Assembly: GCA_030390025.1 (NCBI GenBank)
Contig: CM059431.1
Location: 136,650,001-136,714,000, forward strand
DNA from: Squalus acanthias
Lineage: Eukaryota
Length of the DNA stretch: 64,000 bases
Reading direction: 5' to 3'
The position numbers and the translations under genes are program-made. Position 1 is the first letter of the stretch. Each line of letters starts with the position of its first letter. Below the pieces are notes generated by a model, which was given only the letters and a program-made list of their open reading frames with translations, was not told the origin of the DNA and made no database searches. Of this stretch, positions 28,169 to 43,100 are shown piece by piece.

Positions 28169-31100
28169 CCCATCTCTGTACGGTCCCATCCTATTACCCA
28201 TCTCTGTACGCCCCATCATATTACCCATCTCTGTACGGTCCCATCTTAGTACCCATCTCTGTACGGTCCCATCCTATTACCCATCTCTGTACGGCCCCCT
28301 CCTACTACCCATCTCTCTACGGCCCCATGCTATTACCCATCTCTGTATGGCCCCATCCTATTACCCATCTCTGTGCTGCCCCATCCTATTACCCATCTCT
28401 GTGCTGCCCATCCTATTACCCATCTCTGTACAGCCCCCTCCTATTACCAATCTCTCTAGTGCCCCATCCTATAACCCTTCTCTGTATGGCCCCTTCCTAT
28501 TACCCATCTCTGTATGGCTCCATCCTATTCCCCATCTCTGTACGTCCCATTCCCATTACCCATCTCGCTAGTGCCCCATCCTATAACCCTTCTCTGTATG
28601 GCCCCTTCCTATTACCCATCTCTGCACGGCGCCATCCTATTGCACATCTCTGTACGGCCCCATCCTACTACCCATCTCTGTACGGCCCCATCCTATTACC
28701 CATCTCTTCACTGCCCCATCCTATTACCCATCTCTGTACAGCCCCATCCTATTACACATCTCTGTCCGACCCCATCCTATGACCCATCTCTGTACGGCCC
28801 CATCCTATTACCCATGTCTGTACGGCCCCATCCTATTACCCATCTCTGTACGGCCCCATCCTATTACCCATGTATGTACGGCCCCATCCTATTACCCAAA
28901 TTCTGTACAGCCCCATCCTATTACCCATCTCTGTACGGCCCCATCCTATTACCCATCTCTGTACGGCCCCATCCTATTACCCATCTCTGTACGGCCCCAT
29001 CCTATTACCCAAATTCTGTACAGCCCCATCCTATTACACATCTCTGTACGGCCCCATCCTATTACCCAAATTCTGTACAGCCCCATCCTATTACACATCT
29101 CTGTACGGCCCCATCCTATTACCCATCTCTGTACAGCCCCATCCTATTACCCATGTCTGTACTGCCCCATCCTATTACCCATCTCTGTACGGCCCCATCC
29201 TATTACCCATCTCTGTACGGCTCCATCCTATTAACCAAATTCTATATAGCCCCATCCTATTACCCATCTCGGTATGGCGCCATCCTATTACCCATCTCTG
29301 CCTGGCCCTATCCTATCACCCATCTCTGTACGGCCCCATCCTATTACCCATGTCTGTACGGCCCCATCCTATTACCCATCCCTGTACGGCCCCATCCTAT
29401 TACCAATCTCTGCACGGCCACATCCTATTACCCCTCTCTGTACGGCTCCATCCTATTACCCAAATTCTGTACAGCCCCATCCTATTACCCATGTCTGTAC
29501 GGCCCCATCCTATTACCCATCCCTGTACGGCCCCATCCTATTACCAATCTCTGCACGGCCACATCCTATTACCCCTCTCTGTACGGCCCCATCCTATTAC
29601 CCAAATTCTGTACAGCCCCATCCTATTTCCCATCTCTGTATGTCCCCATTCTATTACCCATCTCTGCCTGGCCCTATCCTATCACCCATCTCTGTACGGC
29701 CCCATCCTATTACAAATCTCTGTACGGCCCCATCCTATTACCCATCTCTGTACGGCCCCATCCTATTACCCTTCTCTGTACGGCCCAATCCTATTACCAA
29801 TCTCTGTAAGGCCCATCCTATTACCAATCTCTGTATGGCCCCATCATATTACCCATCTCTGTACGGCCCCATCCTATTATCCATCTATATAGGGCCCCAT
29901 CCTATCACCCATCTCTGTATGGCCCGATCCGATTACCCATCTCTGTACGGCCCCATCCTATTACCCATCTCTGTACGGCCCCATCATATTACCCATCTCT
30001 GTACCGTCCCATCCTATTACCCATCTCTTTGGGCCCCATCCTATTACCCTTCTCTGTACTGCCCCATCCTATTACCAATCTATGTACGGTCTCATCCAAT
30101 TACCCATATCTGTACTGCCCCATCCTATTACCAATCTCGGTACGGTCCCATCCTATTACCCATCTCTATACGGCCCCATTCTGTTACCCATCTCTGTATG
30201 GCCCCATCCTGTTACCCATCTCTGTACGGCCCCATTCTGTTACCCATCTCTGTATGGCCCCATCCTGTTACCCATCTCTGTACGGCCCCATCCTATTACC
30301 CATCTCAGTGTGCCCCATCCTATTACCCACCTCTGTACGGCCCCATCCTATTACCCTTCATTATACGTCTCCATCCTATTACCCATCTCCATAAGGCCCC
30401 ATCCTATTACCCTTCATTGTATGGCTCCATCCTATTGCCCATCTCTATGCTTCCCCATCCTATTACCCCTCTCTGTACGCCCCATCCTATCACCCATCTC
30501 TGTACGCCACATCCTATTATCGATCTCTGTACGGCCCAATCCTATTACCCATCTCTGTATGGCCCCTTCCTATTACCCATCTCTGTATGGCCCCATACTA
30601 TTACCCATCTCTTTACGGCCCCATCCTATTACCCATCTCTGTACGCCCCATCATATTTCCCATCTCTGTAAGGCCCCATCCTATTACCAATCTCTGTACT
30701 GCCCCATCATGTTACCCATCTCTGTACAGCCCCATCCTATTACCCATGTCTGTACGGCCCCATCCTATTACCCATCTCTGTACGGTCCCATCCTATTACC
30801 CATCTCTGTACGGTCCCATCTTATTACCCATCTCTGTACGGTCCCATCCTATTACCCATCTCTGTACGCCCCTTCCTATTACCCTTTTCTGTAAGGCCCC
30901 ATCCTATTACCTATCTCTGTACTGCCCCATCCTATTACCCATCTCTGTATGGCCCCATCCTATTACCCTTCTCTGTATTGCCCCATCCTATTACCCATCT
31001 CTGTGCTGCCCCATCCTATTACCCATCTCTGTGCTGCCCATCCTATTACCCATCTCTGTACAGCCCCCTCCTATTACCAATCTCTCTAGTGCCCCATCCT

Positions 31101-34100
31101 ATAACCCTTCTCTGTATGGCCCCTTCCTATTACCCATCTCTGTATGGCTCCATCCTATTCCCCATCTCTGTACGTCCCATTCCCATTACCCATCTCGCTA
31201 GTGCCCCATCCTATAACCCTTCTCTGTATGGCCCCTTCCTATTACCCATCTCTGCACGGCGCCATCCTATTGCACATCTCTGTACGGCCCCATCCTATTA
31301 CCCATCTCTGTACGGCCCCATCCTATTACCCATCTCTGTACTGCCCCATCCTATTACCCATCTCTGTACAGCCCCATCCTATTACACATCTCTGTCCGAC
31401 CCCATCCTTTGACCCATCTCTGTACGGCCCCATCCTAGTACCCATGTCTGTACGGCCCCATCCTATTACCCAAATTCTGTACAGCCCCATCCTATTACCC
31501 ATCTCGGTACGGCGCCATCCTATTACCAATCTCTGTACGGACCCATCCTATTACCCATCTCTGTACGGCCCCATCCTATTACCCATCTCTGTACAGCCCC
31601 CTCCTATTACCAATCTCTCTAGTGCCCCATCCTATAACCCTTCTCTGTATGGCCCCTTCCTATTACTCATCTCTGTATGGCTCCATCCTATTCCCCATCT
31701 CTGTACGTCCCATTCCCATTACCCATCTCGCTAGTGCCCCATCCTATAACCCTTCTCTGTATGGCCCCTTCCTATTACCCATCTCTGCACGGCGCCATCC
31801 TATTGCACATCTCTGTACGGCCCCATCCTATTACCCATCTCTGTACTGCCCCATCCTATTACCCATCTCTGTACAGCCCCATCCTATTACACATCTCTGT
31901 CCGACCCCATCCTATGACCCATCTCTGTACGGCCCCATCCTAGTACCCATGTCTGTACGGCCCCATCCTATTACCCAAATTCTGTACAGCCCCATCCTAT
32001 TACCCATCTCGGTATGGCGCCATCCTATTACCAATCTCTGTACGGACCCATCCTATTACCCATCTCTGTACGGCCCCATCCTATTACCCATGTATGTACG
32101 GCCCCATCCTATTACCCAAATTCTGTACAGCCCCATCCTATTACCCATCTCGGTACGGCGCCATCCTATTACCAATCTCTGTACGGACCCATCCCATTAC
32201 CCATCTCTGTACGGCCACATCCTATTAACCATTTCTGTACGGCACCATCCTATTACCGAAATTCTGTACAGCCCGATCCGATTACCCATCTCGGTACGGC
32301 GCCATCCTATTACCCATCTCTGCCCGGCCCTATCCTATTTCCCATCTCTGTACGTCCAAATTGTATGACCCATCTCTGCCTGGCCCCATCCTATTACCCA
32401 TCTCTGAAATGCCCCATCCTATTACCAATCTCTGGACGACCCCATAATTACCCATCTCTATACGGTACCATCCTATTTCCCATCTCTGTACGGCCCCATC
32501 CTGTTACCCATCTCTTTATGGCCCCATCCTATTACCCATGTCTGTACGATCCGATCCTGTTACACATCTCTGTGCGGTCCGATCCTATTACCCATCTCTT
32601 TATGGCCCCATCCTATTACCCATGTCTGTACGGCCCTTCCTATTACCAATCACTGTACGGTCCCATCATATTACGCATCTCTGTACGGCCCCATCCTATT
32701 ACCCATCTCTGTACGGTCCCATCCTATTACGCATTTCTGTACGGCCCCATCCTATTACCCATCTCTGTAAGGCCCCATCTTATTACCCATCTCTGTAAGG
32801 CCCCATCTTATTACCCATCTCTGTACGGCCCCATCCTATTACCCATCTCTGTACGGCCCCATCGTATTACCCAACTCTGTATGGCCCCATCCTATTACCC
32901 ATCTCTGTACGGCCCCTTCCCATTACCCATCTCTCTAGTGCCCCATCAAATAACCCTTCTCTGTACGGCTCCATCCTATCACCCATCTCTGTACAGCCCC
33001 ATCCTATTACACATCTCTGTACGGCCCCGTCCTATTATCCATCTCTGTACGGCCCCAACGTATTACACATCTCTGGACGGCTTAATCCTATTACCCAAAT
33101 TCTGTACATACCCATCCTATTACCCATCTCGGTATGGCGCCATCCTATTACCCATCTTTGTCTGGCGACATCCTATTTCCCATCTCTGTACGGCCCCATC
33201 CTATTACCCATCTCTACCTGGCCCCATCCTATTACCCATCTCTGTACTGCCCCATCCTATTACCCATCTCTGTACGGCCCCCTCTTATTACCCATCTCTG
33301 TATGGCCCCAACCTATTACCAATCTCCGTACGGCCCCATCCTATTACCCATCTCTGTACGACCCCCTCCTATTACCCATCTCTGTATGGCCCCATCCTAT
33401 TACCAATCTCTGTACGGCCCCATCCTATTACCCATGTCTGTACGATCCGATCCTGTTACACATCTCTGAAAGCCTCCATCCTATTACCCATCTTTGTCTG
33501 GCGACATCCTATTTCCCATCTCTGTACGGCCCCATCCTATTACCCATCTCTTTATGGCCCCATCCTATTACCCATGTCTGTACGATCCGATACTGTTACA
33601 CATCTCTGTGCGGTCCGATCCTATTACCTATCTTTTTATGGCCCCATCCTATTACCAATATCTGTACGGCCCTTCCAATTACCAATCACTGTACGGTCCC
33701 ATCATATTACGCATCTCTGTACGGCCCCATCCTATTACCCATCTCTGTACGGTCCCATCCTATTACGCATCTCTGTACGGCCCCATCCTATTACCCAACT
33801 GTGTACGGCCCCATCCTATTACCCATCTCTGTACGGTCCCATCCTATTACGCATCTCTGTACGTCCCCATCCTATTACCCAACTCTGTACGGCCCCATCC
33901 TATTACCCAGCTCTGTACGGCCCCATCCTATTACCCATCTCTTTATGGCCCAATCCTATTACCCATGTCTGTACGATCCGATCCTATTACCCATCTCTGT
34001 GCGGCCCGATCCTTTTACCCTTCTCTGTACGCCCCTTCCTATTACCCATCTCTGTACGGCCCCCTCCTATTACCCATCTCTCTACGGCCCCGTCCTATTT

Positions 34101-37100
34101 CCCAGATCTGCATGCCCCATCCTAGTACCCATCTCTGTACGCCCTCTTCTGATTACCCATCTCTGTACGGTCCCATACTATTACCATGTCTGTATGGCCT
34201 CAACATATTCGCCATCTCTGTATTGCCCCATTTTATTACCCATCTCTGTACAGCCCCAACCAATTACCCATCTCTGTACTGCCCCATTCTTTTACCCATC
34301 TCTCTACGGCCCCGTCCTATTTCCCAGCTCTGTACAGCCCCATCCTATTACCCATCTCTGTAAGGCCCCATCTTATTACCCATCTCTGTAAGGCCCCATC
34401 TTATTACCCATCTCTGTACGGCCCCATCCTATTACCCATCTCTGTACGGCACCATCGTATTACCCAACTCTGTATGGCCCCATCCTATTACCCATCTCTG
34501 TACGGCCACTTCCCATTACCCATCTCTCTAGTGCCCCATCAAATAACCCTTCTCTGTACGGCCCCATCCTATCACCCATCTCTGTACAGCCCCATCCTAT
34601 TACACATCGCTGTACGGCCCCGTCCTATTATCCATCTCTGTACGGCCCCAACGTATTACACATCTCTGGACGACTTAATCCTATTACCCAAATTCTGTAC
34701 ATACCCATCCTATTACCCATCTCGGTATGGCGCCATCCTATTACCCATCTCTGCCCGGCTTTATCCTATTTCCCTTATCTGTACGTCCCCATCCTATTAC
34801 CCATCTCTGCCCGGCTTTATCCTATTTCCCTTATCTGTACGTCCCCATTCTATTACCCATCTCTGCCTGGCCCCATCCTATTACCCATCTCTGTACTGCC
34901 CCATCCTATTGCCCATCTCTGTACGGCCCCCTCTTATTACCCATCTCTGTATGGCCCCAACCTATTACCAATCTCTGTACGGCCCCATCCTATTACCCAT
35001 CTCTGTACGACCCCCTCCTATTACCCATCTCTGTATGGCCCCATCCTATTACCAATCTCTGAAATGCCCCATCCTATTACCTATCTCTGAAAGGCCCCAA
35101 CCTATTACCCATCTCTGTACGATCCCATCCTATTACCCATCTCTTTGGGCCACATCCTATTACCGTTCTCTGGAAGGCCCCATCCTATTACCCATCTCGA
35201 TTTGGCCCCATCCTATTACCCAGCTCTGCTCGGCCCCATCCTATTAACAATCTCTGTACAGCCCAATCCTAATACGCATCTCTTTACGGACCCATTCTAT
35301 TACCCATCTCTGTACGGCCCCATCCTATTACCCATATCTGTACGGCCCCATCCTATTAACCATCTCTGTACAGCCCAATCCTAATACGCATCTCTTTACG
35401 GACCCATTCTATTACCCATCTCTGTACGGCCCCATCCTATTACCCATCTCTGTACGGCCCCATCCTATTAACCATCTCTCTATGTCCCCATCCGAATACC
35501 CATCTCTGTACGGCCCCATCCTATTACCCATCTCTGTACGGCCCCATCCTATTACCCATCTCTGTACGTCCCGATGCTATTACCCATCTCTGTAAAGCCC
35601 CATCCTATTACCCGTCTCTGAGTAGTCCCATCCTATTACCCATCTCTGTACGGCCCCATCCTATTACCCATCTCTGCACGGCCGCATCCTATTACCCATC
35701 TCAGCGCGGCCGCATTCTATTACCCATGTCTGTACGGCCGCATCCTATGACCAATCTCTGTATGGCCGCATCCTATTACCCATCTCTGTGCAGCCCCATC
35801 CTATTAACCATCTCTGTGCAGCCCCATCCTATTACCCATCTCTGTGCAGCCCCATCCAATTAACCATCTCTGTGCAGCCCCTTCCTATTACCCATCTCTG
35901 TGCAGCCCCATCCTATTAACCATCTCTGTGCAGCCCCATCCTATTACCCATATCTGTGCAGCCCCATCCTATTAACCATCTCTGTGCAGCCCCATCCTAT
36001 TACCCATCTCTGTTTGGACCCATCCTATTAGCCATCTCTGTATGGCGCCAGCCTATTACCCATCTCTGTACGGCCCCACCCTATTACCCATCTCTGTACG
36101 GCCCCATCCTATTACCCATCTCTGTACGGTACCATCCTATTATCCATCTCTGTACAGCCCCATCCTATCACCCATCTCTGTACAGCCCCTATTCCTATTA
36201 CCCATCTTTGTATGGATCCATCCTATTACCCTTCTCTGTACAGCCACATCCTATTACCCTTCTCTGTACGGCTCCATCCTATCACCCTTCTCTGTACGGC
36301 CCCATCCTATTACCCATCTCTCTACGCCCCCATCCTATTACCCGTCTCTGTACCGCACCATCCTATTACCCATCTCTGTATGATCCCATCCTATTACCCA
36401 TCTCTGTACGGCCCCATCCTATTACCCATCTCTATGCGGCCCCATCCTATTACCCATCTCTGTACGATCCCATCCTATCACTCATCCCTGTACGGCCCCA
36501 TCCTATTACCCATCTCTGTACGGCCCCATCCTATTACCCATCTCTGTGCTGCCACATCCTATTACCCTTCGTTGTACGGCTCCAACCTATTACACATCAC
36601 TATAAGGCCCCGTCTTATTACCCTTCATTTTACGGATTCATCCTATTGCCCATCTCTGTGCTTCCCCATCCTATTACCCCTCTCTGTACGCCCCATCCTA
36701 TTACCCATCTCTGTACGGCGTCATCCTATTACCCATCTCTGTACGGCCCCTTCCTATTACCCATCTCTGTACGCCCCATACTATTAACCATCTCTTTACG
36801 GCCCCATCCTGTTACCCATCTCTGTACGGTCCCATCCTACTACCCATTTCTGTATGGTCCCATTCTATTACACATCTCTTTCTGGCCCCATCCTACTACA
36901 CATCTCTGCACGGCCCCATCCTATTACCCATCTCTGTACGGCCCCATCCTATCACCCATCTCTGTATGGCCCCATCCTATTACCCATCTCTGTATGGCCC
37001 CATCCTATTACCCATCTCTGTACGGCCCCATCCTATTACCCATCTCTGTACGGTACCATCCTATTATCCATCTCTGTACAGCCCCTATTCCTATTACCCA

Positions 37101-40100
37101 TCTTTGTACGCCCCATCCTATTACCCATCTCTGTACGGTCCCATCCTATTACCCATCTCTGTATGGCGTCCTCCTATTACCCTTCTCTGTATGGCCCCAT
37201 CCTATTACCCATCTCTGTACGCCCCTTCCTATTACCCATCTCTGTATGGTCCCATCCTATTACACATCTCTGTACGGCCCCATCCTATCACCCATCTCTG
37301 TACAGCCCCATCCTATTACGCAACCCTGTATGGCCCCCTCCTATTACCCATCTCTCTACGGCCCCATCCTATTACCCATCTCTTTACGGCCCCCTCCTAT
37401 TACTCATTTCTGTACAGCCCCCTCCTATTACCCATCGCTGTACGGCCCCCTCCTATTACCCATCTCTCTAGTGCCCCATCCAAAACCCTTCTCTGTAAGG
37501 CCCCATCCCATTACCCATCTCTGTACGGCCCCTTTCTATTACCCATCTCTCTAGTGCCCCATCCTATAACCCTTCTCTGTATGGCCCCATCCTATTACAC
37601 ATCTCTGTACAGCCCCATCCTATTACCCATCTCTGTACGGCACCTTCCTATTACCCATCTCTCTGGTGTCCCATCTTATAACCCTTCTCTGTATGGCCCC
37701 ATCCTCTTACCCATCTCTGTACTGCCCCATCCTATTACCAATCTCTGTAGAGCACCATCTTATTACCCATCTCTGTACGGCCCCATCCTATTACCCATCT
37801 CTGTACTGCCTCATCCTATTACCCATCTCTGTACAGCCCCATCCTATTACCCATGTCTGTACGGCCCCATCCTATTACCCATCTCTGTATGGCCCCATCT
37901 TATTACCCATCTCTGTACGGCTCCATCCTATTACCCATCTATGTACGGCCCCATCCTATTACACATCTCAGTGCGGCCCCATCCTATTACCCATCTCTGT
38001 ACGCCCACATCCTATTATCCATCTCTGTACGGCTCCATCCTATTACCCATCTCTGTATGTCCCCATTCTATTACCCATCTCTGCCTGGCCCTTTCCTATC
38101 ACCCATCTCTGTATGGCCCAATCCTATTACCAATCTCTGTACGGCCCCATCCTATTACCCATCTCTGTACGGCCCCATCCTATTACCCATCTCTGTACGG
38201 CTCCATTCTGTTACCCATCTCTTTGGGCCCCATCCTATTACCCACCTCTGTACGGCCCCATCCTATTCCCCTTCATTTTACGGCTCCATCCTATTACCCA
38301 TCTCTATAAGACCCCATCCTATTACCCTTCATTGTACGGCTCCATCGTATTGCCCATCTCTGTCCTTCCCCATCCTATTACCCCTCTCTGTACGCACCAT
38401 CCTATCACCCATCTCTGTACGCCCCATCCTATTATCCATCTCTGTACATTCCCATCCTATTACCCATCTCTGTATGGCCCCTTCCTATTACCCATCTCTA
38501 TATGGCCCCATACTATTACCCATCTCTTTACGGCCCCATCCTATTACCCATCTCTGTACGCCCCATACTATCACCCATCTCTGTACGGTCCCATCCTATT
38601 ACCCATCTCTGTACGGACCCCTTCTATTACCCATCTCTGTGCTGCCCATCCTATTACCCATCTCTGTACAGCACCCTCCTATTACCCATCTCTGTACGGC
38701 CCCCTCCTATTACCAATCTCTCTAGTACCCCATCCTATAACCCTTTCTGTATGGCCCCTTCCTATTACCCATCTCTGTACGGCCCCATCCTATTACCCAT
38801 CTCTGTACGGACCCATCCTATTACCCATGTCTGTACGATCCGATCCTATTAACCATCTTTGTGCAGTCCGATCCTATTACCCATCTCTTTATGGCCCCAT
38901 CCTATTACCAATATCTGTACGGTCCCATCCTATTACGCATCTCTGTATGGCCCCATCCTATTACCCAACTCTGTACGGCCCCATCCTATTACCCATCTCT
39001 GTACGGTCCCATCCTATTACGCATCTCTGTACGGCCCCATCCTATTACCCAACTCTGTACGGCCCCATCCTATTACCCAGCTCTGTACGGCCCCATCCTA
39101 TTACCCATCTGTGTACGGCCCCCTCCTATTACCAATCTCTCTGGTGCCCCATCCTATAACCCTTTCTGTATGGCCCCTTCCTATTACCCATCTCTGTACG
39201 GCCCCATCCTATTACCCATCTCTGTACGGACCCATCCTATTACCCATGTCTGTACGATCCGATCCTATTAACCATCTTTGTGCAATCCGATCCTATTACC
39301 CATCTCTTTATGGCCCCATCCTATTACCAATATCTGTACGGTCCCATCCTATTACGCATCTCTGTACGGCCCCATCCTATTACCCAACTCTGTACGGCCC
39401 CATCCTATTACCCATCTCTGTACAGCCCCATCCTATTACCCATCTCTGTACGGCCCCATCCTATTACCAATCTCTGTACGGCCCCATCCTATTACGCATC
39501 TCTGTACGGCCCCATCCTATTACACATCTCTTTCAGACCCCATCCTATTACCAATCTCTGTAGAGCACCATCTTATTACCCATCTCTGTACGGCCCCATC
39601 CTATTACCCATCTCTGTACTGCCTCATCCTATTACCCATCTCTGTACAGCCCCATCCTATTACCCATGTCTGTACGGCCCCATCCTATTACCCATCTCTG
39701 TATGGCCCCATCTTATTACCCATCTCTGTACGGCTCCATCCTATTACCCATCTATGTACGGCCCCATCCTATTACACATCTCAGTGCGGCCCCATCCTAT
39801 TACCCATCTCTGTACGCCCACATCCTATTATCCATCTCTGTACGGCTCCATCCTATTACCCATCTCTGTATGTCCCCATTCTATTACCCATCTCTGCCTG
39901 GCCCTTTCCTATCACCCATCTCTGTATGGCCCAATCCTATTACCAATCTCTGTACGGCCCCATCCTATTACCCATCTCTGTACGGCCCCATCCTATTACC
40001 CATCTCTGTACGGCTCCATTCTGTTACCCATCTCTTTGGGCCCCATCCTATTACCCACCTCTGTACGGCCCCATCCTATTCCCCTTCATTGTACGGCTCC

Positions 40101-43100
40101 ATCCTATTACCCATCTCTATAAGACCCCATCCTATTACCCTTCATTGTACGGCTCCATCGTATTGCCCATCTCTGTCCTTCCCCATCCTATTACCCCTCT
40201 CTGTACGCACCATCCTATCACCCATCTCTGTACGCCCCATCCTATTATCCATCTCTGTACGTTCCCATCCTATTACCCATCTCTGTATGGCCCCTTCCTA
40301 TTACCCATCTCTATATGGCCCCATACTATTACCCATCTCTTTACGGCCCCATCCTATTACCCATCTCTGTACGCCCCATACTATCACCCATCTCTGTACG
40401 GTCCCATCCTATTACCCATCTCTGTACGGCCCCCTTCTATTACCCATCTCTGTGCTGCCCATCCTATTACCCATCTCTGTACAGCACCCTCCTATTACCC
40501 ATCTCTGTACGGCCCCCTCCTATTACCAATCTCTCTAGTGCCCCATCCTATAACCCTTTCTGTATGGCCCCTTCCTATTACCCATCTCTGTACGGCCCCA
40601 TCCTATTACCCATCTCTGTACGGACCCATCCTATTACCCATGTCTGTACGATCCGATCCTATTAACCATCTTTGTGCAGTCCGATCCTATTACCCATCTC
40701 TTTATGGCCCCATCCTATTACCAATATCTGTACGGTCCCATCCTATTACGCATCTCTGTATGGCCCCATCCTATTACCCAACTCTGTACGGCCCCATCCT
40801 ATTACCCATCTCTGTACGGTCCCATCCTATTACGCATCTCTGTACGGCCCCATCCTATTACCCAACTCTGTACGGCCCCATCCTATTACCCAGCTCTGTA
40901 CGGCCCCATCCTATTACCCATCTGTGTACGGCCCCCTCCTATTACCAATCTCTCTGGTGCCCCATCCTATAACCCTTTCTGTATGGCCCCTTCCTATTAC
41001 CCATCTCTGTACGGCCCCATCCTATTACCCATCTCTGTACGGACCCATCCTATTACCCATGTCTGTACGATCCGATCCTATTAACCATCTTTGTGCAGTC
41101 CGATCCTATTACCCATCTCTTTATGGCCCCATCCTATTACCAATATCTGTACGGTCCCATCCTATTACGCATCTCTGTACGGCCCCATCCTATTACCCAA
41201 CTCTGTACGGCCCCATCCTATTACCCATCTCTGTACAGCCCCATCCTATTACCCATCTCTGTACGGCCCCATCCTATTACCAATCTCTGTACGGCCCCAT
41301 CCTATTACGCATCTCTGTACGGCCCCATCCTATTACACATCTCTTTCAGACCCCATCCTATTACCCATCTCTGTACGGCCCCTTCCTATTACCCATGTCT
41401 GTACGGCCCCCTCCTATTACCCATCACTGTACGGCTCCATCCTATTACCCAAATTCTGTACAGCCCCATCCTATTACCCATCTCTGCCCGGCACTATCCT
41501 ATTTCCCATCTCTGTACGTCCAAATTCTATTACCCATCTCTGCCCGGCCCTATCCTATTTCCCATCTCTGTACGTCCAAATTCTATTAACCATCTCTGCC
41601 TGGCCCCATCCTATAACCCATCTCTGTATGGCCCCATCCTATTACTAATCTCTGAAATGCCCCATCCTATTACCCATCTCTGTACGGCCCCATCCTATTA
41701 CCCATCTCTGTATGGCCCCATCTTATTACCCATCTCTGTACGGCCCCATCCTATTACCCATCTCTGTACGGCCCCATCCTATTACACATCTCTGTGCGGC
41801 CCCATCCTATTACCCATCTCTGTACACCCACATCCTATTATCCATCTCTGTACGGCTCCATCCTATTACCCATCTCTGTTTGTCCCCATTCTATTACCCA
41901 TCTCTGCCTGGCCCTTTCCTATCACCCATCTCTGTACGGCCCCGTCCTATTACCAATCTCTGTACGGCCCCATCCTATCACCCATCTCTGTACGGCCCCA
42001 TCCTATTACCCATCTCTGTATGGCCCCATTCTGTTACCCATCTCTTTGGACCCCATCCTATTACCCACCTCTGTACGGCCCCATCCTATTCCCCTTCATT
42101 GTACGGCTCCATCCTATTACCCATCTCTATAAGGCCCCATCCTATTACCCTTCATTGTACGGCTCCATCCTATTGCCCATCTCTGTCCTTCCCCATCCTA
42201 TTACCCCTCTCTGTACGCACCATCCTATCACCCATCTCTGTACGCCCCATCCTATTATCCATCTCTGTACGTTCCCATCCTATTACCCATCTCTGTATGG
42301 CCCCTTCCTATTACCCATCTCTATATGGCCCCATACTATTACCCATCTCTTTACGGCCCCATCCTATTACCCATCTCTGTACGCCCCATACTATCACACA
42401 TCTCTGTACGGTCCCATCCTATTACCCGTCTCTGTACGGCTCCATCCTATTACCCATCTCTGTACGGCCCCATCCTATTACCCATCTCTGTACGCCCCTT
42501 CCTATTACCCATCTCTGTACGGCCCCCTTCTATTACCCATCTCTGTGCTGCCCATCCTATTACCCATCTCTGTACAGCATCCTCCTATTACGCATCTCTG
42601 TACGGCCCCCTCCTATTACCAATCTCTCTAGTGCCCCATCCTATAACCCTTTCTGTATGGCCCCTTCCTATTACCCATCTCTGTACGGGCCCATCCTATT
42701 ACCCATCTCTGTACGGACCCATCCTATTACCCATGTCTGTACGATCCGATCCTATTAAACATCTTTGTGCAGTCCGATCCTATTACCCATCTCTTTATGG
42801 CCCCATCCTATTACCAATATCTGTACGGTCCCATCCTATTACGCATCTCTGTACGGCCCCATCCTATTACCCAACTCTGTACGGCCCCATCCTATTACCC
42901 ATCTTTGTACGGTCCCATCCTATTACGCATCTCTGTACGGCCCCATCCTATTACCCAACTCTGTACGGCCCCATCCTATTACCCAGCTCTGTACGGCCCC
43001 ATCCTATTACCCATCTCTGTACGACCCCCTCCTATTACCAATCTCTCTATTGCCCCATCCTATAACCCTTTCTGTATGGGCCCTTCCTATTACCCATCTC

